DNA of 64,000 bases from NCBI GenBank assembly GCA_951406725.2, contig OX597819.1, positions 82,212,001 to 82,276,000 on the forward strand, given 5' to 3'. This DNA comes from Octopus vulgaris. Lineage: Eukaryota. Below, in pieces: positions 63,563-64,000 of this stretch; positions within the stretch are counted from its first letter, which is position 1; every line of letters begins with the position of its first letter. The position numbers were made by a program, and so were the translations under genes. The notes under the pieces were generated by a model. It was not told where the DNA came from. It did no database searches and saw nothing but the letters and a program-made list of their open reading frames with translations.

Positions 63563-64000
63563 TATTCAACTAAAGTGCATAATTCTTTTAGACTTTAAGT
63601 TAGACAACCTCAAAACCGTTATAAGACATAAATACCATATGTGTATGACTTGCAACACCATCACCATCATCATTGTTACTGTTGTCGTCATAATTATCAT
63701 CATCTTCCATGTGAACATGGGTGGGATGGTTCAACAGGATCCACTGAGTTTGTGGACTGCATCAAGCTCTGGCAAGGTTTTCTATGACTGGATGTCCTTC
63801 CTATAATACCATCCATTTTACTAGAAACAGTATTAATGGAGTCACCAAATAACTCACAAGATGGAAAAAGACCCCACAGCTGGTTTTTCTCTGCTTTTTA
63901 TCAGCCTAGATTACCACAAATCAGTACATATTGCATCTGTCTATTAGATATTCATTACCTGTAACCAAAACAAAACTGCATGATTGATTGGGTTTGTACT

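Overview
AT-rich, microsatellite- and transposon-saturated animal DNA. The SINE families and repeat landscape suggest an octopus/coleoid cephalopod, which is inference from repeat recognition and not verified. Only one convincing host coding exon is present, at 42204-42672 (+). It encodes a signal peptide plus a complete NtA (N-terminal agrin) domain, ends at a phase-1 GT donor, and is most likely the first coding exon of agrin. I found no downstream Kazal/follistatin exon in the remaining 21 kb. Everything else is repeats: several tRNA-headed SINE families, decayed LINEs (R4/Dong-type with RLE, RTE-type, and a fragmented Tx1/L1-type copy still in ORF1-APE-RT order), mariner remnants, hAT MITEs with 8-bp TSDs, Helitron-like ends, and a long-TIR fold-back element that split a SINE. 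The most noteworthy signals are (i) several unrelated minimal hammerhead-ribozyme-like motifs, one inside a perfect 340-bp palindrome, (ii) an apparent switch to CpG-decayed repeat copies inside the putative agrin intron from about 53.5 kb, and (iii) the single-exon NtA domain with an apparently conserved 3' intron position. I see no evidence for a wholly new multi-gene system. Almost all ORFs in the supplied track are microsatellite or TE artefacts. Boundaries of decayed elements are approximate.
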